DNA of 64,000 bases from Cladosporium halotolerans. Lineage: Eukaryota. Position 1 is the stretch's first letter, and every line of letters begins with the position of its first letter. The notes below the pieces were generated by a model that was given only the letters and a program-made list of their open reading frames with translations, ran no database searches and was not told the origin of the DNA. Position numbers and translations under genes: made by a program. Shown here piece after piece: positions 47,199 to 57,852 of the stretch. The stretch lies in the NCBI RefSeq assembly GCF_011745625.1, contig NW_027191457.1:62001-126000 (forward strand), in the 5' to 3' direction.

Positions 47199-50100
47199 AT
47201 GACTTCAAAGCTCACCGACGAAGAGCTTAGTTTCGCAGCGTGGGTATCCAAGCATTCAACTTGTCTACATCTATACTGACAACGCGCAGCACTCTAGCCC
47301 CAGAAGAGATCCCGGCGAAGCTCCGCTGCGGCCTCTGCAACCTCATCGCGGTCAATGCAGTGAAGCTTCCATGCTGCGAAACATCCATATGCGAAAAGTG
47401 TAAGCCCGCCTCGCCGCCGCGTATCGTGCGACAACTTACTGACGCCTTCCGCAGGCCAGACCGGACTACCTGAACAATGCTCGATCTGCGAGCACTCGCC
47501 CTTGACGCCAGATGTTTGTGCACCGATGAAGAGTCTGCGCATGACCATTAAAGCACACCTGAAAACCGAGCTGAAGAGACGCACGGCACAATCGAGTAAA
47601 GAAAGCGCGACGCCTGCCGCTCCTACGCCCACCCCGGCACCCGCGGATGGTTCTGTCGCGACCGGAGAGACGCCTGCGCCTGCGACCGCGCATGAGGACA
47701 ACACAAATGGTGCTGCTAGCGAGGCGATCGCCGCGGCTGCCACGAATGAAGGTGTCGTAGCACCGAGTATAGAGCAGGCAGACGTCGCTCAAGCAGAGAC
47801 ACTGCCAGCAGATGTGAGCCTTGAACTCCTCTCGAACGGTCCTTTTGAACGCTAACATGTGAAACAGGCTGCAGCCGGAACAACAGAAGGGCACCAAGCC
47901 ACCGAAGGCCAGACCGAAGAGGAGCTCAATGATGAAGACTCGGGCGATAAGAGCGACGTGGAAATCATCACTGAGAGACCCGAAATGGAACTGGCACACA
48001 ACGGTGAAGATCATTATGGTGCAGGCGATGACCAGCAACAGCAGCAAGAAGGCGACGACGCGCAAGCGAACGCGCATCAAGGTTATGCGATGAACCAAAA
48101 CCAACAGGGATTTGGCAACATGGGCTTCAACGCCATGAATGGGTTCAACAACCCAATGATGGCAATGCAAGGCGGCATGGGTATGCAAGGCTTCGGCATG
48201 GGCATGCCGAACATGATGGGTATGCTATACAACCAGTATCTGCACCGCGTGGGCTCACAATACACAGGAATGCCTGGAATGTCCATGGATCCATCAATGA
48301 TGATGGGCAACAACTTTGGCGGAATGGGAGGTATGAACAACATGAGCATGATGGCGCCTATGATGGGAAACGGTGGTTTTGGAGCGGGCATGCCCGGCAT
48401 GGGCATGAACCAAGGCTTTGGCATGAACGGCGGTGGTGGATATAACCGATTCGGCAATCACTACAACCAGCAACAGCCCTTCCATCCCAATGCTCGTGGC
48501 TATAATCGTCCGTATGGCCGTGGCTCCCGCGGCCGTGGTGGGTATGGCTTTGGCCGTGGTGGACGCGGTGGCTTCAACCAGTTTGGCCCTGGGCCTGGAT
48601 TTAACCAAGACTTCCAGAACGGCATGCCGAATGCAATGCAGCAGCAGCAGCAGCAGTTACAGCAGCAGCAGTTACAGCAGCAGCAGGATTCTGGGCAGCC
48701 CTCTGGAGATACTGGATCTACTGGAGCTGGTGCTGGTCGCGCTTCTCCGACTTATGAATCCATGGCAGCAGCCAACGGCGAATCAGGCGACGCTAACGTT
48801 GAAGCCAGGCCGCCCGGAGACGAAGCGAACGATCTCACTAACGAACCAGGAAAAGGCACTAATACAGCTGACGGCGAAAACGGCGACGCCATGAACGTAG
48901 ACGATCACGCAAAGAACGATCCCACCACTGCTGGCCATGATCAGGGTGAGTCCTCACGTCTGTCGTTCAGAGATGACTATCACTGCAGAATTCGAACGAG
49001 AAACACCCAATGTACGAATAACCCTGCTAACAATTCAAAATTAGATGGCCTCGCAGACCCTAATCAAGCTGCTCAGGGCGGCTTCAACAATCCTCCTGAC
49101 TTCTACGGAAACCCGATCCAATCTTTCGAGTTTTCAGAGTATGACAACTCAGGCGCCTTCGGCGGCTCGTTTAACGGAATGGGTGAGCCGGTATCTGCTC
49201 CGCCCGTGAACGCCCCTACCGGCCCGAAAGCCATGCGCGAGGGTCTGCCTAACAGTGGATGGTATTCTCGTCCTCAGGTAAGTCAGACCCCGAGCAACGC
49301 CAACGTCCCAGCTTCCGCCGAACCCACCGGAGAGCAATCGCAAGGCTCTATCCGCGGACGCAGCGCCGAAAGAGAAGCCCAGGACGACGACCGCGACAGA
49401 GAGCTTGAGCGGTCGAGGTCTCGCCATGCGAGTAGACGCCAGCGCCGCAGGGACGAGGCCGATGACTACGAGTCCGACGCCACCTACGAGCGCCGCAAGG
49501 AGCGCGAGCGCAGGAAGCGTAGAGACCGCGAACGCCGCGACGACGGTCGGAGCAGCGGCCGCGCACGCTCCAGATCCGCCTCTCCAACGGACGACTCCTC
49601 TTACCGCCGCCGCCACCGCCGCGACGACGACAAGGACAGCAGGGACAAGCGCTCCCGCCGCGACCGCGATCGCAGCCGCGACAAGCGCCGCTCAGATTAC
49701 CGCGACCGTTCGCCCGACGACTTCGACTCCCGCAAGAGTAGAGCGCGCCCTAGCCGCCGCGAGGAAGAGGATCGTTCCAGCCGCCGCAGCTCGCGCCGCC
49801 GCCACGACGAAACCCGCTCTTCGAAGCACAGCCGCCGTAGCAGCCGCGACCGCAACCGTGAACGTGACCGTGACCGCGACCGCCGTGGCCTCATTGAGCA
49901 GCCTGCGGACGACATCGGGTTCAAAATCAAGGGCTCGCACTCCAACCGCCGCGGCATGCCGCCGCCCGCAAACTCTTCCTCTTCCCGCCGCGGCTCGGAC
50001 GCTCCCTCCACAGCCGCCGCGATCGACCCCTACGCCGCCGAGCGCGAGCTCCATAAGCAGGAGCGCGCGCTGCGGGAGCAGCAGCGGCGTCAGTCGTCGA

Positions 50101-50264
50101 CGCAGAGCCTGGGCAAGAGAGGCCGTGAGGACGAGGAGGCTGGTGGTACAGAGGAGTCCGGTGGGCGCAAGAGGCGCGACGGGCGCTCGAGGAAGATCAG
50201 CGCCAAGTACGAGGGCGAGATTAACGATGGCGAGAACGAGAGGGAGATGGCGAGGTGGCGTTGA
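47199..50264 (+). CDS. N-terminal RING-finger protein with M/G/N-rich, RGG and Arg/Ser/Asp-rich regions (RBBP6/Mpe1-type RING; probable RNA-processing factor). Exons 47199-47239, 47290-47399, 47455-47813, 47868-48219, 48268-48945, 49045-50264
   Basis: The spliced RING reads IPAKLRCGLCN..AVKLPCCETSICEK|CQTGLPEQCSICEH. Downstream are GRGSRGRGG, APTGPKAMR and a long RS/RD tail. Five GT-AG introns carry branch sites. Confidence 0.85.
48639..48686 (+). repeat. Interrupted (CAG)n poly-Gln tract
   Basis: CAG runs interrupted twice by TTA inside the CDS. Confidence 0.85.
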
Positions 50265-51538
50265 GGAGATCGTGACAGCGCGTCAGGCCTTGCTTTGGAC
50301 ATGCTCGTCTGACGGAGGGCTATTCTGAGCGCTGGAGATTGGTGCATTCATCTGCATTGCATGATCCCATCGATACCACCCACCCATTCACGACGCATCA
50401 CACCGACCGCGTGCCGGGACGTTCTGCATCTTGCATTCAGCGAGCGGCGCCTCGCACATACGATACCACAAAAGCACAAAAACACCACGACTGTACAATA
50501 ACCGAATCCGCGCAGGGAAGCGCAGCCGAGCATTCAGACAACAAGCATGAGAGCACCGAGGAGCCGATCGAAACCAATCGGTCTGCCTAGGTCAGCGCGT
50601 CCTCAAAACAAGAAATGGCATAATTAGCATGAAAGCATAGTCTATAAGAATCGAAAATTGTTGATGAGAAAACCCTTCTTGACCGCTGGTTGGTTCCTCT
50701 GACGGTTCTGATCCGTGATGATGATCAAGCGTAGTAGCTCTTTACTTGCGTCGATGGGAGGCAGTGAGGCAGGCTCTACATGGACTCCGTTGTCTTCGTT
50801 CAATCCCTCTTCTGACCAGAAGATCTTCATGAAAGGCCGTCACAGTCCCTGAAGTTCACTTTCTAATTTTGATCGATCAAATGCACGTAAAAAGCAAGCC
50901 TCGAACACGCGTGGTGGTGGTATGTGTTCCATCAGCTCTAAATCCCCAGAAAAAGTGGGGCATTGACCCGACTTCATCGCTTAGAGCGCGCACGCCATCA
51001 TCCGCAAAACGATCTCATCTCAAGGGACGTCTGCACAAGATCTCAAGCTCACGCTCGAGATTTCAAGTGCCGGACTATCTCGCCCCCGAGAACATATACC
51101 CTCCCATGAAAACGTGCTCCCCACGCGCCATGGCCCACGGATCCAGCATTGCTAGCACTGATCGGCATCAACCTCCCAAGCACGCAATCCGACCCCAGGG
51201 ACACGACACCGTCTCTCGTCGGCCGCCGTCTTGCCTTGCTCGTCGAACCATCTCTAACTGGCCAACCTAGCACCTGGAGGGTTCTACGATGATCTCACGT
51301 TCGGGGCGAGGTGATGCAAGCGCCTGCTGGGATGGGGTGAAGGCGTGATGGGGCTACTCAATCGTTGCATATAGGACGGTGCCGCTGTTAAGGTAGGCTT
51401 TCGTTGCTCTTTGGACTGGGCTGTCACCTTGATTTCAATTGTTCCCTTCCTGTCTTGTGCTGTAGAGCCATTCAATCAAAGCACCTCTCGAGTTTTCTCT
51501 CCAAGTGTCGTCCTCGACACGGTCCATTCCCCGTCCCA

Positions 51539-53333
51539 ATGCCTGAACTCCACCCCAGCTCGTCCTCCTCAGACGACGAGAAACTCGCCGGCGACGACAA
51601 ACACCACTCCCCTCCCACCGCCCCGTCGCCATCGCCCTCGCCATCCCGTCCCGACCCCACCGCCATCGCAGCATCACACAACCTCTCCGAAAAGAAACTC
51701 CTTCGCAAGCTCGACGCCCACCTCATCCCCGGCGTGACAACGCTCTACCTGCTCTCCTTCCTGGACCGCTCGAATGTCGCCAACGCGCGCCTCGAAGGGC
51801 TCGAAGCCGACCTCGGGCTCTCGGGCGCGGACTACCTCAACGGGCTGACGCTGTTCTTCGTCGGCTACATATTGCTCGAGGTGCTGTGGAATGTGATATT
51901 GAAGAGAGTGGGGCCGAGGGTGTGGTTGCCGCTCGTGACGCTGGTTTGGGGCGTCGTGGCTACTTGTCAGGGGGCGGTGGTGGATGGGGGAGCCGCGAGT
52001 GGGAGGGCGGGGTTTTTGGCGGTTAGGTTCTTTTTGGGGCTGACGGAGGGTGAGTTTTGTTTTGTTTTCTTTTTTTTTTCTTGGGTGGTGTTGGGGAGGG
52101 GTGGTTTGAGGCTGATGGGTTTGTGTTGCAGGCGGTTTGTTCCCGGGCGTGGTGTTTTATCTCTCGATGGTGAGTTTGCGCGGGTTTCATCGGCGAGGAG
52201 TCGTGGCTGACTGTGGTTCTCAGTGGTATAAACGTTCGGAGCGCCAGTATCGGATCGCTCTGTTCTTCTCGGCGGCTTCCATGGCCGGTGCTTTTGGCGG
52301 CATTCTGGCCTGGGGTATTGGCCACATGCGAGGCATCGGCGGCCTGAGCGGTTGGAGGTGAAAAAGCAGCCGTCTGCCATACATGCCCTTGGATCAACTG
52401 ACCACCCGACAGATGGATCTTCATAATCGAAGGCCTGCTCACCATCGTCCTCGCCTTCGCCGCCTGGTGGTACGTTATGGACTGGCCGTCGAAAGCAACC
52501 TTCGTCACACCCGAAGAGAAAGAGCTCGTCTTCGCGCGCCTGGAAGCCGACAGCGACGCCGTCGCCGACGAGAGCGTGTCCTGGCACAACGTCGCGGCCG
52601 CGATGAAAGACCCCAAAGTCTGGCTGTACGGGGCCTGCTTCCACACGCTGTCGCTGCCGCTGTACACGCTGAGCATGTTCCTCGTAAGTGAAGGCCAACC
52701 CCGTCCCACCACCACCCAAACTGACACCTCTGTTCCCCTCGCCGACAGCCCTCCATCATAGCCTCCCTCGGCTACACCGCCGCCTCCGCCCAACTCCTCA
52801 CCATCCCCCCCTACGCCCTCGCCACCCTCCTCACAATCCTCCTCGCCACAATCTCCCAGCGCACCGCCCGCCGCGCCCCCTTCATCCTCGCCTCGACCAC
52901 CCTCGCAATCGCCGGCTACATCATCCTCCTCTCCAACCCCTCCCCAACCCTCAACCCGCGCCTCTCCTACGCGGGCGTCTTCCTCGCCGCGGCCGGCATC
53001 TACCCCTCCGTGGCGCTCGCGCTGGCCTGGCCGGCGGTGAACGTCAGCGGGCAGACGAAGCGCGCGACGGCGAGCGCGCTGCAGATCACGGTGGGGAATC
53101 TGGGAGCCGTGATCGGGACGCAGCTGTACAGGCCGGGCGACGCGCCGCGGTATGCGGTCGGGCATGCCGTGGCGTTGGGGTATTTGGTTGGCGGGTTGGG
53201 GGTTGTGGGGGCGATTTGGGGGGTGCATGCGCGGATTAATAGGCGGAGGGATGAGAGGGAGGAGAGGGAGGGGAGGGGGTATGAGGGGGTGTGGCTTGGG
53301 GATGAGGATCCGAGGTGGAGGTTTGGGCTGTGA
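51539..53333 (+). CDS. MFS transporter, allantoate/nicotinate permease (Dal5/Tna1) family. Exons 51539-52049, 52132-52169, 52224-52357, 52413-52683, 52749-53333
   Basis: Motifs EKKLLRKLD..LYLLSFLDRSNVANARL, RFFLGLTE|GGLFPG..LSM|WYKRSE, GLSGWR|WIFIIEG, AQLLTIPPY, NVSGQTKRA and LGDEDPRWRF. Confidence 0.94.
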
Positions 53334-53723
53334 GCTTGGGTGAAGCTGCGCGTGAGGCGGCTTGGGATGGGAGGAGGTGGATGTGGAAATGCGGCCGTGG
53401 AGGGCCTGGATGATTGTGCTCCTTCTTTCGTCTGTCTATCGCGCCGATCGATCGTTCGGTGCCTCATTACCTCCCTTCCCAAATGCAAGTCTGGCGCCTT
53501 TTTTCTCGGCGCCAGTAGTGTCTCCCGGATGATGCTCCTCGCGCCGACAATGCTTCCAACCTAATGCGAAGGGGGTATGCGCGGTATGGCATCCCGCGGC
53601 CAAAAAAAAAAAACCAAAGTACTCCTTCCCGAAATGTTTTATCGCATCGTAATCAAATATTGGTTTCTCGTAATCTCAGGAGCGCGTATGAGCGTTGACC
53701 CGAGTCGCATTCAGGACGCAGCT

Positions 53724-54018
53724 CTAGTTCCTGAAGTCGATACCGCTCTTGGTGGTAAAGTGGAAGAACTCGCTGGGGCTAGAGCGTCGCGTCGATTAGC
53801 CTTCCGTCCAGTCGCAAAGCCCACGCGCACAAGGGTCTTGGACACTCTACTTACAGCTTGGCCTTAGGCACGACGGGCTTGCCGGCGGCGTCGATCTCAG
53901 CGGAAGCCATGGAGGCGGGCGCGAAGTCGGTGGCCTTGTTGCGGGCGGTGAAGGTGGTCGCGGCGCCGGCGACGGCGAGGCCGGCCAGGATGGTGGTTGG
54001 GCGGGCGAGGGCGGACAT
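53724..54018 (-). CDS. Small spliced protein (72 aa) of unknown function. Exons 54018-53855, 53778-53724
   Basis: Strong start context ACAAAAATG after a C/A-rich leader, and C-ending codon bias. The canonical 76-nt intron GTAAGT..GCTAAT..TAG removes the apparent TAA. Product: MSALARPTTILAGLAVAGAATTFTARNKATDFAPASMASAEIDAAGKPVVPKAKLPSEFFHFTTKSGIDFRN. Confidence 0.8.
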
Positions 54019-55403
54019 TTTTGTGTTTGTGGTTGGGTGGTTGTGGTGGTGGGAATGGGTTGGTTGGTAGGTGGCAAAGCGAGTGTGAGGTGCTGGTAGG
54101 CTGTTGTCGGGGTGGTATGTGAGGATGAGAAAGGGAGGGAAGTGAAGGCGCAAGCAGGGGCTGGGAGGGTGAGTAACAATTAAAGGAAACCAGGGTCGAA
54201 ACACGTCCAGTCACACACTGCTTCCTACCTGCGCAAAGGCCAACCGACGATTGGGGCGCACAAGGCTGAGAATAATAACAGCGAGCCGACTGACACACGC
54301 CGCCGCCGCCCCAAGCTGAACACGGCAATCTCCACCCTCGCAATGCGAAAGCGCCAGTCGCGCAATCGCACGAAGCGTTAGCCGGGTCAACGAGAAAAAA
54401 AAAGTTGCGCAGGACGCGACGCGGACCAACTTGGCTGGTCCAGCCGGAGCGCGGCCAGCGCCAGCCCTGCGTCTGCCGGGCCACGCCGCGCCACCCAACG
54501 TAAATAGACGTGCTCGGCGGGGTGTTTTTCGGTGGTGCGCTGCTTTTCCTGCTGTCGCGCTTCTTTTTGTTTTGGTTGGGAAGTGTAGAAGGCGGGATAC
54601 TTTGGATCTTCGGACTCCGGTGCGGGCGGGCGGGCGCGTGCGATCGGCGCGCGTGGCATTCGACAATCAATAATCAGGGACTTTGAGATTTCCATCGATC
54701 AGCGGGCGTTGGGGCGTCGCCGGCAGATTTGATCGCCGGCTGAAAGCTCGTAGGGCTGAAAGAGGAGGGCGGCCGGGACGCGCATAGCTGAGGGATGCAG
54801 ACGCCCGTTAGCCTCCGCTTGCCTTCAGCCAATCCTGCGTCCTGCGTCGTCGCAGAACGCCAGACGACGATGCGGCTCTGCGCTTCGTGCTGTTCACTTC
54901 ACACATGCGAGTCTGGTCGCATCGTCCGGCCTGCCGTTAGCTGCCGCCATGTGCGTCGAATGGCGTTCCATTGCTCCTTGGTCGGCGTTGCGGCTCTGCG
55001 GGCGGCCTGCATCTTTCCAGTGTATGCACAGCTTAACAGACGAGCCTGTCCAGCCGCTAGCGCCCGCGTCACTGCGTCCAATTGTCTGTTCCTGGGTGCT
55101 GAGGGAGGCTCTGCGGGTGGCTTCGTCATCTCGGTTAGCTGCATGTCCTCCCATTAGCGTCCGTCCGGAATTGGCCAATAAGATGGTAGCCGCTCGAATG
55201 GATGTTTGGCGCATGTTGACGTTTGTCCAAAGTTGTCGGTTTGCTGCTTGGTGTCGGGCGGGAGGTGTTCGTTGGGCCATAGATGGAGATTCGCTCAAGG
55301 AAAGCATCGTGAGACTTGCACGCGGAGCAAGAAAGAAAACGGAGGTCCGGCACATCCATAGGTAAGGTGGCATTCGTTCCATCCGCCGCCTACCCTAGGT
55401 AGT

Positions 55404-56561
55404 TCAGCCAGCCGATTCCCTCCCTTCAAACGCCTCCCAAGCCTCCAGATCCTTCCAGTCCGGCAACACCATCGGCAGATTCTCCGGCAGCAGCTCCGGA
55501 CAGTACGTCTTGACCGTCTCCATCAGCTCTTCGAAAAGCACCTTGTACCCCTCAGGCGAGAGGTGCAGTCCTGCAGAAAGGCCAAACCATTAGCACCAAC
55601 CTCTCCAACCCACTCACTCCCCTCCACAAAAGAAAAAAAAAAGAAAAACATACCATCGCTCAAAAACCCCCTCAGCACCGCACTCTCCCGCGCCCCCTCC
55701 ACGCCCACCAACCCCTCCTCTCCCTCACCATCTCCATCCCTCCACCCCGCCCGCCCCACCATACCCCCCCAAACATCACAAACCCCCACCCCCCTCTCCC
55801 TCCCCACCTCCCTCACAACCTCCGCATACATCGCCGTCGTCCTCGCCGTCCGCCTCAGCCCGCTGAAACCGGGGATGTTGGCCGCGTCCGTGGCGCGCAG
55901 CATGCGCTCGTCGACGGGCGGCGGCGTGACGAGGATTATGCGCGCGCGGGCGTGGGATTTGACGCGCGGGTGGGAGAGGAGGGTTTGGAGGTTGGACTTG
56001 AAGTCGGCGGGGGGGAGGTGTTGTTGAGGGGTTGTTGGAGGTGGGGTGTGTGGGAGGCGGGAGTCGTTGGCGCCTGGGGGTGTGTTAGTCGGGCTGGGGT
56101 GGGGATTTTGATGGTGGGCTGGTGGTTGGGGTGGTGTTGGGGGGGATGGTGATAGGTGATTGTGGAAGGCGTACCGAAGAAGATGGTCAGGAGGCGGATT
56201 GTGGCCTTTTCGGGGGGTGGGATGGCGTATGGGAGGACCTGGGTTGGGGCGGGTGTTAGAGGTTGTTGTCGAGTGTGCCGGGGGGTCTGTGGCGGGAGTT
56301 TGAATGATGAGGGTGATGGGTTCGTTCATACTTGGATCGCTCGAGCGGTGTTGTACCCGCTGAATCCCCGGCTGCGATTGTCAGCTTGTTCTCTTCTCGT
56401 TGCAAAACATTGTGTGTCAACGACTGGACGGCTGGCATTTACTTTATCACGTCCAGGCGACGGGCATATCGATCGCTCAGCTCGGCGCCGAAGCCGAAGC
56501 CTTTCTGCTGTGAGAAAGACTGCTGCGTGATGCTGTCGCCGAACAGGACGATTTGGTCCAT
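55404..56561 (-). CDS. IAH1: SGNH/GDSL hydrolase, Iah1-like esterase. Exons 56561-56443, 56371-56332, 56238-56175, 56073-55654, 55570-55404
   Basis: Splicing reconstitutes block I LFGDSIT, block II VIN|RGFSGYNT, block III IFF|GANDS, ILVTPPP and block V LSD|GLHL. Confidence 0.9.
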
Positions 56562-57852
56562 CGTGCGAGAGATGGCGGAAAAGGAGGACTCGGAAATTGT
56601 GTATATAAAGGTAAAGGCGTGGGTAAAGCTACATCCAGACAATCTCTCCGTGTTTCTCCTACGACCGCCCCACAAATATCCTGCCTCGGGTAACACCGGG
56701 CTCGCGCGCGAGCAAACATTCACATCCATCTAAATACTCCGTGTCGCCGACGCGAAGTGATCGGTAACACGATCGTGACGAATGCGAGCGGGTCGACTTG
56801 GTTTTTTGTACCTTAGTGTCTCCTGACGTGTCGCCTGTGGTGTGAGCTGTGCGAGCTTATCTCGCAGGTCATCCCACGCGCGAGCTCGCATTGCCGACAC
56901 CGAAGATTGCGAGGCGAGCTACTCGAAGCACTACTCGAGCTGCAACACGAGCACAAGCACCCGTACTCCTAGCGAACGCGTGTTTGTCGCCGGCGTAGGT
57001 AGTATGCGTGCAGCGTGTGACACGGGCTGACGTCGCGCTGCATGCGTCAATCTGGCAGCAGACGCTGGCAACTCCCGCCGTGGCTGATGCTGAGGGTGAA
57101 GATGCAGGGCGATTGGCTGGTCCCGAGACCCTGGTCGCATGCGAAGTATGATGTGCAGCGCATAGCGCGGGGGTCCAGCGTTTTTATTATCGTCGTTATT
57201 CCTCCTCCAGCCCGTCTGACACGCGCGAAGAGCCGCATGTTCGAATGTGACCGACACCTGCCGCATCGGCCCGTCCACACAAGGCTCCCATCGCGACTGC
57301 GTGTGCCTGAGGCGGCCACGGGCATCCTCGCCGCCGCCTCCCACGCCTTCGCAGCGTCCGAGTCGTAGCGCGCGGCGGTGTGTCGCCTGGCGTGGGACCG
57401 ACACGCAGCTAACGCAAGCAGGCAGATGCCGCGCCTGCCCAAGCTTCCTGTCTTCCACCACGCGCCGCCGCTCACACCAGCTATACGAGAGGAAATGCTG
57501 CGGCCACTCGCCTCATCCTTGCCCTCGCTGTCGGTCTGCCGGCCGCACCGCGGCCATCCCGTCATCCGCTCCACCGCGCCCCGTGGGGATGTTGTTGCGC
57601 GACTCGCGAGGCTCGTGACCTGACAATCCGTGCCCTCATCCCTCCCACCGCCCACCCACGCTGCCTGCTGTTTCAGCTCCGCCCACTAGGCCCGCCGCTC
57701 ACCTGATACAAATCCGCCATCCTCCGTCATATACCCCGGGGCGGCACCTCATCGTCCCCACGATCTCCATAACAACCGCCCTACTATGCGTCCTGCAGGC
57801 CCGGCAGACCGCAGACGACGAGTATAGAAAGAAAGACGCACCCCCTCCCACG

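Noticed and set aside
50660..50816. TGATGA...CTGA box-like motifs resembling C/D snoRNAs
   Set aside because: I recognised no guide of 10 nt or more complementary to rRNA, and the motifs are short. A snoscan/Infernal run would be needed.
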